32,054 nucleotides of DNA from Fonticula alba ATCC 38817 (GCA_000388065.2 KB932213.1); one strand, 5' to 3'; shown: positions 1 through 11,826, counted from the first letter of the stretch. The notes: a model not told the origin generated them from the letters alone. Numbers and translations: made by a program.

Positions 1-829
1 CTCATGCCCTCAAATTAGGCTCCAGCACCCGCGAATGTGGGCCTCTGTCTGCCCGGAAAGGAGGCTGGGGACGGGGCACCGCGCATCCCCCCCCCCCGTT
101 GGGCAGGTTTCCCGGCCGCCCGCCGGTACCCGGCTCACACGGCACAGATGGTTGGCGCGCCGCGAAGAACGGCGGGACCTCCGCGCCCGACCAGTTGGCG
201 GGCCGCACAAAGAGACCCCTTAACCCCGGGCCGGGCGAATGCCGTTGCAAAGAATGCCCCGGTCGTCACGCCTGGGCGGGTATCACGCCTGCCCCGGCCG
301 CAAGCTCATCTGGGCACTGATCGTGTTTGCGAGCGCCCCCCTTCCCCCTGGCTGCTGGCGTAAGAGTCTCGCACGTGCGGGGGGGGGGGGGGGGGGGCGG
401 CCGGGGAGTCCCGAGTGAATATGGCACGTCTTTCGCCCGGGGCCGGGCAGGGAAGAAGGCATCCAGACCCCGAGGGCCGCCGGGCCGTCGATCGTGGCCG
501 CCGCCGCGGCCGCCGGTCTGCGGAGGCCCCAGCCGGGACCCCGGAGCCGGCCGGCTGCCAGCAACGGATCCGACCGAGGACCGGGCCGCTTGTCCCGATC
601 ACCGGCTTCTTTGCCGCCCTTGAACCGGGGGTGGAGGGCAAGCCGGAAGATCAAGCATTCTCCGCTCTTCCACCCCGCCCGCCCTGGGCAGAAGCCGCGC
701 TGGGTGGCGTGGTTGCCGGCCGGCCGGCAGGGGGTGGCCTGATCGCTTGCAACACCTTCCGCTCTCAGGCCGGGGGGAACGGCAATGCCGGCGCCGGAAC
801 GCATCCGCCGCACGTCCCCCCCCCCCTGG

Positions 830-836
830 TATATAT
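830..836 (+). promoter_or_regulatory. TATA-like element upstream of NAMPT
   Basis: TATATAT in otherwise very GC-rich sequence, about 110 nt upstream of the ATG at 948. Position-based inference only. Confidence 0.3.
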
Positions 837-947
837 GCCGGGCCTCCCTGGTGCCCGGATCGCCCTCCCCCGGTGATCGCCCGGCATCTGCCATTTTCTT
901 CCCCCCCCCCCCCCCCGCCCCCGCCCCCGACCTCACCTCATCCGGAG

Positions 948-3664
948 ATGACCTTCCTCCAATCAATCCTGGCCCCCCTTTTGCGGCCCCTCGGGTAGGT
1001 GCTGCCTGGCTGCCCCCTCGGCTTTGTGTGCCCGCCCCACCGCCATCCATCTCACCTGCCTGCCCACGCCACCGCCCTGCAGCTTCGTCCCGGTCTCCTC
1101 GGCCAACCTGCTGACCCCGGGGCCGGCCCAGGACGAGGACGACCCCCGGCTGGACCACCAGATCCTCCGCCACAGCCCGACCTTCCCGCTGTCGGTTCTC
1201 CTGCTGACCGACTCCTACAAACTGAGCCACCCCTTCCAGTACCCGGCGGCCAAGCGCGTACGTCACCCGGACCCCTCGGCCGGACACTCTCCCTCCCTCT
1301 CTCTCTGTGTGGGACATCTTGCTGTGCAACACACTGGCAGACGGCGGGCGGGGGGGGGGGGGGGGGNNNNNNNNNNNNNNNNNNNNNNNNNNNNNNNNNN
1401 NNNNNNNNNNNNNNNNNNNNNNNNNNNNNNNNNNNNNNNNNNNNNNNNNNNNNNNNNNNNNNNNNNNNNNNNNNNNNNNNNNNNNNNNNNNNNNNNNNNN
1501 NNNNNNNNNNNNNNNNNNNNNNNNNNNNNNNNNNNNNNNNNNNNNNNNNNNNNNNNNNNNNNNNNNNNNNNNNNNNNNNNNNNNNNNNNNNNNNNNNNNN
1601 NNNNNNNNNNNNNNNNNCGCCGCCCCCGCCGTCGTTGCCGCCGCAAAGGGGGGGGGGGTTCCCGGCCCCCCGCCGGGGGGGGGGGGGGGGGGGGGGGCGG
1701 CACCCTCTTGCTGTGACCATGCCTCCGGCTGCCGAGGCCAGGGGCTTCGCTCGGGGCCCCGCTTCACTTGCCCTTCCGCGTCGGGGGTCTGACTGCCAAA
1801 CGCCCCGCACAGTATCCCTCCACCGTGGCCACCCTCTCGCGCAAAGCCCGCACCATCATCGAGCAGGCCTTCGAGAAGACCTGCGACCCGGAGAGCATGG
1901 CCCTGGTCCCGTCGCGCCTGCACGACTTCGGCTTCCGCGGGTGCACCTCCGTCGAGCAGACCATCATCGGGGGCACCGCGCACCTGGTACGGAGCGGCCC
2001 CCTGGTGGCGCCCTGTTCCCGCGCCGATATGCACGCACGCACGCACGCACGCGCCACCCGGCCCGCCGCTGTCCTGCCCCTGTCCCATCGACGAGCCCCC
2101 CGGCCACGGACGCGCCATGCTGACACGCCCCACCCAAGCTCAACTTCGAGGGGACCGACAATGTGTCGGCCGCCTACTTCGCCCAGTATGCCCTCAATGA
2201 TGGGCACTTCGCCGGGGTCAGCATCCCGGCCACCGAGCACTCGGTCATGACGTCCTTCGAGACGGAGAAGGTGCGCCTCGCGCCCGGCCGGCGACACCCG
2301 GCGGGCCTTTCCCCTCTTCTTGCCGCCCTGTGCGCTTCTCGGCCGGTGCTGACTGTGCCCCCGCGTCGCCGGCCGCTGCCGGCCTGCTCCGCATGCCCCC
2401 AGGCCGCCATGCTGCACATGATCGAAACCTTCGGCAGCTCCATCTTCGCCGTGGTCATGGACTCCCTGGACTATGGCCGCGCGCTGCGGGAGCTCCTGCC
2501 GGCCGTGGCCGAGGCCAAGGTCCGCGCCGGGGGCTGGCTGGTTGTGCGCCCGGACAGCGGCGACATCGTGGCCGTGGTGATGGACGCCCTGAAGTACGCC
2601 TCGCGCCATGCCGCCCGCGCATCGCCCCCTCCTTTTCTCCTTCTCTCCCCCTTGCGCGTGTGCCCGCGCGTGGGCATGTCACGGCCAGGACCGCGGCCGA
2701 GGGCCTCCCCGTGCCATGGCCTCCCCCGCCTCTCTTGTCCCCGCCCGCCCTTCACCGCTCACCCCTGCCTCGGTGGCCCGCCCGCCGCCCCTCGCACAGC
2801 ATCATGTCCAAGGTGTTCGGCTACACGATCAACACCCGCGGCTTCAAGGTCATCACCGGGGCCTCGGTCATCCATGGCGACGGGGTCACCCTGCCGGCCA
2901 TCAGCCGGCTGCTGGACGCCATGGCCGAGGCCGGCTTCGCCGCGCAGAATGTCGCCTTCGGCATGGGCGCCGGCCTGCTGCAGAAGGTCAACCGCGACGA
3001 GCTGAGCCTGGCCACCAAGCTCTGTCGCGTGGTCTTGCCGTCGGGCGCCGCGCGGTACGGCCCCCGCCCCTCTCTTCCTGTCACAGCCGCTCGCTCGCCC
3101 GCCCGCCCGACCGCGGGGAGGCGTCCCACACCTGCCGGCACTCTGTCCTGTGCCCCCCCCCCCCGCCCGCCCGTCTGACGCGCCGCCTCTGTCTCCTGCG
3201 GATGCTTCCCCCTCCCTGCACCGGGCCCCAGCGAGGTGATGAAGTCCCCGATCGACGCGCCCGGCAAGATCTCCCTCCCCGGGTCGTTTGCCGTTCGGCT
3301 GGACCCGACGGCCGCCGCGCAGGGGGTCTACCTGCCGGTGACGCATGCGCGCGAGGAGTTCACCGGCCCGGAGGGCGTCGATGACGAGTCCCTCGCCGTG
3401 GAGGGGGACCTGCTCCAGGTGGTGTACGATTGCGGCCCGGTGGCCGTGCAGCACGAGACAATGGCCGCCACCCGGGTGCGCCTGTCGCGGGACTGGGCCG
3501 CCGCGGCGCCCGTGCCGCCGGCCAGCTCGCGCCCCGAGCTCGACGGCCACACCCCGGACGCCATTGTCTACCAGACCGTGTCGCCCTTCCTCCGGGCCAA
3601 GGCGCGCCGGGTCCGGGCCGAGCAGCTCGATCGCCTGGAGGCCGCCTACACCCAGGATGCCTGA
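948..3664 (+). CDS. NAMPT: Nicotinamide phosphoribosyltransferase (NAD salvage), at least 8 exons; middle exon(s) missing in the N gap
   Basis: Hand-spliced exons 948-994, 1083-1257, [gap], 1813-1986, 2139-2270, 2403-2593, 2800-3054, 3232-3664; all introns GT-AG and phases consistent on each side of the gap. Motifs LLTDSYK, YPSTVATLSR, LHDFGFRG, LNFEGTDN, SIPATEHS, VRPDSGD, GDGV, AFGMGAGLLQKVNRD match NAMPT. Equivalents of human Y18, F193, D219 (nicotinamide specificity), H247 and R311 are present. About 120 aa expected between QYPAAKR and YPSTV are not visible. Confidence 0.9.
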
Positions 3665-4795
3665 GGCACGTCGCGCGCCGGCAGTGCGCCCTGTGCCTGC
3701 CCGCACGTGCTCCGATCGTGTGTGTGTGTGTGCCCTCTCGCCTCCCCCTTTCTCTCTCTCTCTCTTTCTCTCCCAAGACCCTGCCTTCCTCGCCCATGCC
3801 CCTTGGGACCAGTGCGGGAGTGAGTATCCGCACGCGCACCAGACCCGACCAGGGCCAACAATACACGCACCCCCTCTCCCGAGAAGATGAAAGCCCGCGC
3901 CCGTGTGCACCGCACATTCCGCCCCCCACCCCCCACCCCCCCGGCCGCCGTGCATCTGCGCCCGGTCCGGCGGGAGGCAGCCTGCAAAGTCCCAGGTGCC
4001 AATGAACTGTGGCATGCAGGCGCCTTCTGCGTGTGCCTGCCGGCCGGGTCGAGTGGGCTCCGGTAACCGGGGGGCGGGGGGGGGAGACATGGCTCGCTGC
4101 TCCTCGCCGCCCCCCGTCGCCCTGTGCATACGCACAAAAAAAATGCCCACCGCCTCCCCTTCCGTGTGGGTAGCGCCAGATCTCTTCGTATCCCCCCTCT
4201 CTCCTCCCCCCCTCCGCCCCCTTTCCCCCCTCGTATGTGCCCTCCACTGCTGTCGCCGTCCTCCCTTCTCCTCCTCCCTCCCCCCTCTTTGCTCACGCCC
4301 CGGGGCCTGCGCCCCCCCTCACGGGCGGAGGCTGTCGACGCCGCGCGTCCCGCCCCCTGCCCGCCCGGCCGCGCGGCGGGCGGGCCCGGGGGCCCCCGTC
4401 CCGCCGCCTCGTCCGGTGGCCCTCGGCCCCGGGGGGCGTAGGATTCGTCCGCCGGAGGCCGCCGCGCGACCACCACCGTTGGCTCTCGCCCGCCCATGTC
4501 CCCCCCTCCCCCCCCCCGCCCCCCCCCCCCCCCCCCCGCCCCCCGCGCCCGCNNNNNNNNNNNNNNNNNNNNNNNNNNNNNNNNNNNNNNNNNNNNNNNN
4601 NNNNNNNNNNNNNNNNNNNNNNNNNNNNNNNNNNNNNNNNNNNNNNNNNNNNNNNNNNNNNNNNNNNNNNNNNNNNNNNNNNNNNNNNNNNNNNNNNNNN
4701 NNNNGTCGCCGTCCTCCCTTCTCCTCCTCCCTCCCCCCCCGTAACTACCTCACCTGGACCCCTGTTGCCTGGCCGGCCGCCACTAGCGCATCACC

Positions 4796-5663
4796 ATGGT
4801 CCGTCCCGCCCGATTTGCCGGCGCTTGTTGACATTCTGTCACTGACTCCTGGGCTCGCCCCTTCACTCTCGCCACTCCTCCCTGGCCGCCCGCGCGCAGT
4901 CCAAGCCCGACGCCGACATCCACATCACCCTGGACGACCAGAAGAACCTGTCCAAGTTCAACCAGCTGCACACCCAGCGCAAGGCCGTCCGCGAGGAGCT
5001 CCGTGAGAAGCGCGTGCGTTGACACCACCACCCCGGCCGCGACAGGGCGCGCGCGCGCAGGACAGACAGCGGAGCGAGGGCGGCCTCCCGCCTTTCCCGT
5101 GTCCCTCGCTGGCCGCGATCGCGCGCGCGCGTTCACACCCCCGCATTCACATCATGCCGCCGGCCTGCCACTGAACGTCCCCCTTTCCTGCCCCCCTCCC
5201 CCTCGCCCTTGTTCGTATGCCCTGCGGCTCGGTGCCGGGAATATGCCCACAGGACCTCGCCCGCGACCTGGAGGAGGCCTCCAACGAGATGCTCCTCGCC
5301 GACGAGGACAAGCCCATCTAGTACGCCCCCGGCATTTGTGGATGACGCCCGGCCGCGCGAGCCCTGTCTGTCGCATGGTTATTTTGGCTGACTGACATCT
5401 GTCTCTCGCGACCGCCGGCGTCGCTGCCATGACTCCCCCCCCCCCCCAGCTATGCCTTTGGCTCCGGCTTCGCGGCCCTCCCCCTGGAGACTGCCACCCA
5501 GCTGATCGAGGTCTCGGCCGAGCTGGCCACCAAGCGCGTGGACGAGCTGGCCGACAAGAACACCGAGCTGACCAGCACCCTGTCCACCCTGCGCTCGGAG
5601 ATCTACGCTCGCCTGGGCCAGTCGGTCAACCTCGACGAGGATGAGGACGACAACGACGAGTAA
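4796..5663 (+). CDS. PFDN4: Prefoldin subunit 4 (Gim3), 132 aa, 4 exons
   Basis: Exons 4796-4798 (ATG only), 4900-5013, 5253-5320, 5450-5663 = 399 nt. Protein MSKPDADIHITLDDQKNLSKFNQLH...DLEEASNEMLLADEDKPIYYAFGSGF...LRSEIYARLGQSVNLDE matches the PFDN4 pattern (V/I.T.EDQ.KIN.F; LEDA..E..LAD; L...LYAKFG..INLE). Confidence 0.9.
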
Positions 5664-5694
5664 ATGGGGTCCGGCAGGCCGGCCACGCAACGGG

Positions 5695-5734
5695 GGTGGC
5701 GGCGGTGGCGGCGGTGGCGGCGGTGGCGGCGGTG
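5695..5734. repeat. (GGTGGCGGC)n tandem repeat, about 4.4 copies, just downstream of PFDN4
   Basis: Read directly from the sequence. Confidence 0.85.
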
Positions 5735-6182
5735 CACGCGCTCGCATGCGGTGCGCCCACCGCCCCCCCCCCCCCCCTTTCGTCTCCTCCACAGCCTCCT
5801 CCCCCGGTCCCCACCCATATGCTGGACGGGGCCGGCTCTCCCACCCCCCTTGTGACGACACACATCATGCCACCCTGGGGCGCCACCGTTCTGGAGCAGA
5901 ATGCGCCTCCCTCACTCCATCACCAGTCATAAAGAAGAACACATCCTCCGGCGCCGCGTGCTCGAGAGAGGGGGGGGGGGGGGGACCGGGGCGCGGGAGG
6001 AAGGGGGAAAACAAGGGATCCTTGGACGAGGGAATATATTGCGCCGAGGGGGAGGCGGGGGGGGGACCAGAGGGTCGGATTGTTGCTGGGCAGACCGGTC
6101 CTCCCATCGCAGGGGGAACGTGCACACAAGAGAAAGGAGGGGGGTGCCGGCGTCTCGCGGCGGGGAAGGAATGGCATGCAGC

Positions 6183-6215
<33 letters not shown>

Positions 6216-6264
6216 GGAGGGGGATATTCACAAGGACGAAAGGGAGGGAGGGGGGGGGGGGGAA

Positions 6265-8211
6265 TCACTCGGGCAGGGGCATGCGGCAGCGTGACGACCG
6301 TCGGAGGGGCGAGGCGGCAACCGCTGTCGGGGTGACCGACTGCCGAGGCGCCAGTGCCGACGGGGCCGGCGGGGTAGTGGCGGCGGCGGCAGCGGCGGCG
6401 GCGACAGCGGCAACGTGGCAGCGCGAGCGCTTCGCTGGCCGGGAGGGGGAGGACGGCATCAGCGGCCGTGGTGGCCCCTGCTGCTGCGGGCCTGGCGCCC
6501 CCCCAGGAGGGGACACCGGCCCAGTGGACTTGTCCAATGGGACCGGCGGGGGGGTGCTGGCTTCCTCCTCAGCGCCGGGGGACTGGAAGCGTGCACTGCG
6601 CCGACGGAAGGCCGAAACGGGCGTCGGCAGGCGGAAAGACCGCCGGGGGGTGGCACGAATGGGCGTCACCACAGCGGTGGCCTCGAGCTGGGCCGACCCC
6701 GGGAGGGGGAGGAGCTCCTGCTGAGACACCGCCGGGGGGGTGGGGGACAGCCGGGCCGCGGCCTCTGTCATGGCCGCCGCCGGGGGCTGGGAGTCGTCCT
6801 CGGCGCTCGCCACGGGCCCGGCTTCGGGTGGCGCAGTGCTTTCGGGGGCTGACGAAGAGGCCGCGCCCTCAAGTGGTGTCGGAGAAGCCGCGCTCTCGGG
6901 TGGTGTCGGAGAGGCCGCGCTCTCGGGTGGTGTCGGAGAAGCCGCGCTCTCAACCGCTAGGGAAGTCACGGCCTCAGCCGCCGGGGAAGCCGCACCATCG
7001 ACCGCCGAAGGGACATTGGGCTCGGTCTGGCCGGTGGAGGACGCGCGCAGGCGCGAGGAAAAGCGCCGCGCTACGGCCACCGGCCGGGGAGAGCGTGGGC
7101 GCGCCTTGTGCGAGCGCCGCGTGTCGGGCACGCGGTCGCCGGCGTCCCCCGGCGCTGCCGCCGCCGCCGCCGGCCGGGCCCCGCCACGACGGCTGCTGCC
7201 GCCACGCCCGCGGTCCGGCCGCTGGGTCGGCGGACGCGGGGCCGAGGGGCGCCGCGCGGGCGAGGCCGCCACCTCCGGCACCCCGGGCACCGGGGCACTC
7301 GGGTCATAATTGAACCGGAACAACTGCCGGCGGTCGCTGATTTCCAGCTGCCGGAGGGCCTCATGCCGGGCGGCGTACGCCTCGTCATCGGTGTCCTCAT
7401 CCGAGGGGTCGGCCCCGAGCAGGTGCTCGGGCGAGTGGCCCGGCACGTCCCACCGCCAGTCGGCCGGCAGGGCCCGCCACTTGGGCACATGCACCACGGC
7501 CGCCCGGCGGATGGCCACCATCTCGGCGGCCAGACGCGCGGCATTCTCCATGTCCCCACGAAGACCGCCGATCATCGGCAGGTCCCCGGTGAAGGCCCGC
7601 AAGCTGGCGGACGGCCGCCGCCGGGGCAGCCGCTTGGTGGCCGCCCAGGGGGACGGGGCACCGCCGGCGCCCCCGCGATCGCCAGCCGAGCCCGGGGTGT
7701 CCGGCGGGGCCGGCGACGACCGGGCACTGCTCCCGGGCGAGGGGGACCGCGATGCCAGACCGGAGGAGGGCGAGCCCCCGGCGGCCGGCGATGGCGACGA
7801 GGACCTGCCCGGCAGCAGGGACCCGCGCCGGCCACGGCGATCGCGCGATGCGCCCCCGGCCCACCGCTTGGACTTGTTGGCCGCCGCCGCCATGACCGCC
7901 GGGCTGGGGACCAGCTCCACGGTGGGCGACCCGCCGCCGGACGCGGTCTCCGCCGCGTGCGAAAACTTGATCCGAAGGACCCCATGATGCTGCGGCGGGG
8001 TGGCGGGGCCCGAGCCGGGGAGGTCGGCCTTCGGGGCGGTCGACGGCAGGGGGGACTGCAGGCGCCGGCGCTTGGACGGCCGCGCGGCCCCCTTCAAGGC
8101 CGGGGACCCGGGGCCGCCATCGGCCGCCGATGGCCGGGGCTCCTCGGCGAGCCCCTTCGCGGGGGGCTTCGCCTCGGCTGCCTCGGCCATGTCCGCCGAC
8201 GATGACGACGA

Positions 8212-8250
<39 letters not shown>

Positions 8251-10177
8251 CGGCTCGGGCTTTGGCGCCACCAGCGTCCGAAGCAGGGATGTGATTTCGA
8301 CGCGGCGCTTGCGAGGCAGCGGCCCCAGCTGCAGGAAGAGCGACTCGTCCACCGGCGAGAGGACCGCATGCCGCAGGTGCCGCCGGGCCCCCATGCTCAC
8401 GACCAGCGATCGCCGGTTGACCCCGGGCCCGGGGTCGGGGACCAGCACTCGGGCAAGCACCCGCTGTGCCCCCTGGCCGGGGGACAGAATCACGTCGAGC
8501 GATGGCAAATGCCCGACGCCCGGCGAGGAGGGGGCGGCATCGGCGAGGGCCAGCAAGCGGGTGCCCCCCGCGGGCAGGCCCGCACTCGTCGGCGGAGGGG
8601 CTGGCCGCGAAGCGGGACAGGACCCGGGAGCTGGTCCGGGCCCAGGGGCTGGAGCAGCCCCGGGGGGATCATCTGAAGTATCACCAGGAGCGGGGGCACT
8701 CTTGGGAGGGGGCCTGGCCATGGATGTAGCCCCGAGAGGTGGCGCATGCTCGAGGGTGGGAACATCCTTGGCGGCAGGGGCGTCCTGGTCGAGTGACGCG
8801 GCTTGGCTGGGTGGCGCGGCTTGGTCGAGTGGTGTGCTCTCGCCGGCGAGATATGCGCCCTCGGTGACGGATGCACCCTCGGTGACGGATGCACCCTCGG
8901 TGACGGATGCACCCTCGGCGACCGGCGCGTCTCCCCCAACAGCCGGGGGGAGGGAGGCGGAGGAGGCGGCAGGCCCGATGCCGCCGCCGGCGGCCGTCAG
9001 GAGGCAGGCAACCAGCTCAGCGAGGCTCCCATCGCCGGGATCCCGGCCCAGGAGCACCGCATCGCGGGTGACCGACCGCCGGAGGATGTCAGCCACCAGA
9101 CTGGACACGGCCGGGGCGAGGTCCGGCGCGGAGAGGGGGGCCTCGGCAGCGCGACGAGCCGCCAGCGCATGCAGCGCCGCGACCGGGCCGCACACACCGC
9201 AAACACAAGGGGCCTCGGGGGCCGGGCCGCCCAGATGGTCCTGCAGCAGCCTGCGGATGGAGGCGGCGATTTGCACCCGGGCAAGGGCCGTCAAGCGGAC
9301 GCGCTCTTCCAGCTCCCGCCGACGGAGGGCCGCCCAGCGGTGACGCCAGCCATTCGAAGTGGGCCCGGTCGGGGGGGAGCCGCCAGCCCGCGCGCGCGCC
9401 TTGCCCGCGCCATGCGCAGGCGGCCACCGGTCCCCGGTGCTGGTGGCCGCACTCGGCGACCATGCAGGGAGACCCGGCGCCGAAGGGGGGACCCCCTTCA
9501 CCGGTGCCCGGCCGGCCGCCACCCGGGCAGCCGAAGACCCCTCCTCGGCTCCGGGGGTCCCGCCAAAGAGGAAGTCCGCCCAGGCGCCGGACGAGGGCCG
9601 GGCAACCGGGCCCGCCGCCGGCCCAGGGGCATCCGGGGCCCGGAGGGCCGGCCGCCCGGCAGACCCGACGGCCGAGTCCGACGCTGGCGGCCCCGGCCCC
9701 GGGCGGCCGGATGACAGGGCGTTGCGCGCATGGCCGACCAGCCGAACCGGCAGGAAGGGAAGCAGCCCGTCCTGGATGCGCGCATGATCCAGCGGCCCGA
9801 GGGAGGAGGCCGCCGCGCCTGTGGCAAAGACGGCCAAGTGCTGGGCGGACTTCGGGGCGGCCGGGGATGCCGGGGCCGGCGGTGGGGGCGTCGGCGATGG
9901 GGCCGGCAGCGAGGGCGTCGACGTCAAGGACAGGGGGGCCGGGCCAGCGCGCCGGCGCCGGGCGGGACCGGCACCGGGCTCGGCATCCGGCGCGAGCGAG
10001 GCACGACCGCCCCGGCGCCGGGGCCCCGGCACCGGAGCATGCTGCAACCCGAAGGAGGAGATCGCCGAGTCGGCGGCCGTCGTGAAGGCACTCCCGGCGG
10101 CGGAGGCCGCATGGTGATAGGCCGCTGCTGGCGGCAGGCCGCCCGCGCGCGGGCCGGCCGTGATGGTGGTCGCCATG

Positions 10178-10226
<49 letters not shown>

Positions 10227-10669
10227 ATGGGGGCGATGGCGGGAGGCTCGATGGGGAGAGCGGCTGCGCGGCACCGGCAGCCGAAGGGTCTGCCGCGGCG
10301 GAGGGACCGGGCCCCGGGAAGGGGGGGTTCCCGAGACCCGGCAGACCGGACAGCTTGCGGTGGTGCGACGAGAGGCTCGGGTCGCCCGGGCCCGGGGCCA
10401 CGCCGAAGGCATGGCGCGAAGGCACGCCCACACCAAGCTCGAGGGGGGCGGCCGAAGAGCCGGGCCGGGCGGCGTCGGGCCCTGGGGCCGGGGCCGCCGC
10501 CGTCGGCATGGGGCCCCCCGGCGTGGAGGCCGGCCGAGCCAGCACCCCGGCCAGGTAGGGCGACATGGGGAGGGGGCCGGCCCCGGCCCCGGGGCTGGCG
10601 GTGGCGGTGACGTCGCCGCCGCCGCCGCCGCTGCTGCTGCCAAGGCCGAAGCCCCCGTTGGAAGCGGCC

Positions 10670-10701
<32 letters not shown>

Positions 10702-10940
10702 CGGCCCAAACAGCCCGCCCGGCGACAGGAAGGGCGAATAGAGGCCGCCGTAGGGGCTTGTCAGGATGGACGCGGCCAGGGCGGTCGCCATGGTGGCAGT
10801 GTGGCCGCCCGCTTGCAGCGCCGCCGACAGGGTCGTCAGCGCCGCCGTGTAGGAGTTAAGCGCCGCCGTGGAGAAGAGATCGCCGGCGGTCCCGGAGCCG
10901 GGGCCCATCAGCGGGTAGCCCGGCGCAATGGCCGCCGCCC

Positions 10941-10971
<31 letters not shown>

Positions 10972-11826
10972 CAAAGGGGGAAAGAGCAGCGCGGCATCCG
11001 GCACCAGGGCCGAGGCCGCATGCGGCATGGGGCTCTCGGCGCCGGCCGGGCCGCCGGTGACCGATGAGGCCGATCCCACCAGGGACCCGGAGGAGGAGGA
11101 GGAGGAGGAGGAAGAGGAGGCCCCGGAGCAGGCCGCCGACGAGGAGGAGGCCGAGATGGGCGGCGAAAAGGGGAAGCCCGCGGCCGCCGGGGGCTCGGCT
11201 CCGGCCGGGGGCTTCGGGTCGCCGGGCAGCGAGGGGTGCGGAGCGGCGGCCGCCGCGGCCGCCGCCGCGGCTGCGGCTGCCGTCGTCGTGGACAGGAACC
11301 CCGGGCCGCTTGGGCCGGCCAGGGACAGGCCAAAGAGGCTGCCAAGCCCCCCGAGGCCGAAGTAGGGAGGGTAGGCCGAGACGGCGGCGGCCGCGGCCGC
11401 GGCTGCCGCGGCCGCCGCGGCGGCCGTGCCAGCAGCCGGCGGTGGCGGCGCCACGCCCGCCCCGTACGGATACATGTACGCGTAGGGGTATGCAGCACTT
11501 GAAGGGGGCGGCGGCGGTGGCGGCAGCGAGGACATGGGTGCGGGCGCACCCGCGGCGAGGGATGCCCCGCTCGGTGCGGGACGTGGGGACGGCGGGGCCG
11601 CCTTCTCCGAGGAGGGAGTGGCGGCCGCGGCCGACCGGCGAGTGTCTGGCCTCTGGCCGATCGAGCCCGGGCCGGGGAGCGCGTCGCCGGCCGGCTGGTC
11701 GACGGGATCGGGGATGGCCTCGGGGCCGGGGGCCGCGCCTGCCATGTCCGGCATCGGGGCCTCGGGGGGTGGCGGCGCGTCGCCAGCAAGGCCTGGGGGA
11801 AGGAAGTAGTAGGGGCTGGCCAGCAT
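6265..11826 (-). CDS. Large low-complexity protein (about 1853 aa from the ATG at 11826) with PEHE domain; KANSL1/NSL1- or MSL1-like
   Basis: Stop-free frame from the gap edge (11998) to TGA at 6265, with poly-Ala, poly-Ser and poly-Gly tracts. The segment VHVPKWRALP...SDEDTDDEAYAARHEALRQLEISDRR (about 7325-7495) fits the PEHE pattern (.vPsWR ... EdlsD.afa.rH.k.E..Er). The true start is uncertain: the frame is open up to the gap at 11999-12161. Confidence 0.7.
6855..6951. repeat. 27-bp coding tandem repeat (ESAASPTPP on the minus strand), about 3.5 copies
   Basis: Units GTGGTGTCGGAGAAGCCGCGCTCTCGG at 6873-6899 and 6900-6926, a partial unit at 6927-6951 and a degenerate partial unit upstream. 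Confidence 0.85.
8198..8248. repeat. (GAC/GAT)17 triplet run encoding poly-Ser on the minus strand
   Basis: Read directly from the sequence. Confidence 0.9.
8855..8926. repeat. 18-bp coding tandem repeat (ASVTEG on the minus strand), about 4 copies
   Basis: GCACCCTCGGTGACGGAT at 8873-8890 and 8891-8908, with variants at 8855-8872 and 8909-8926. Confidence 0.9.
10178..10225. repeat. (GCC)16 perfect triplet repeat encoding poly-Ala
   Basis: Read directly; lies inside the minus-strand CDS. Confidence 0.9.
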
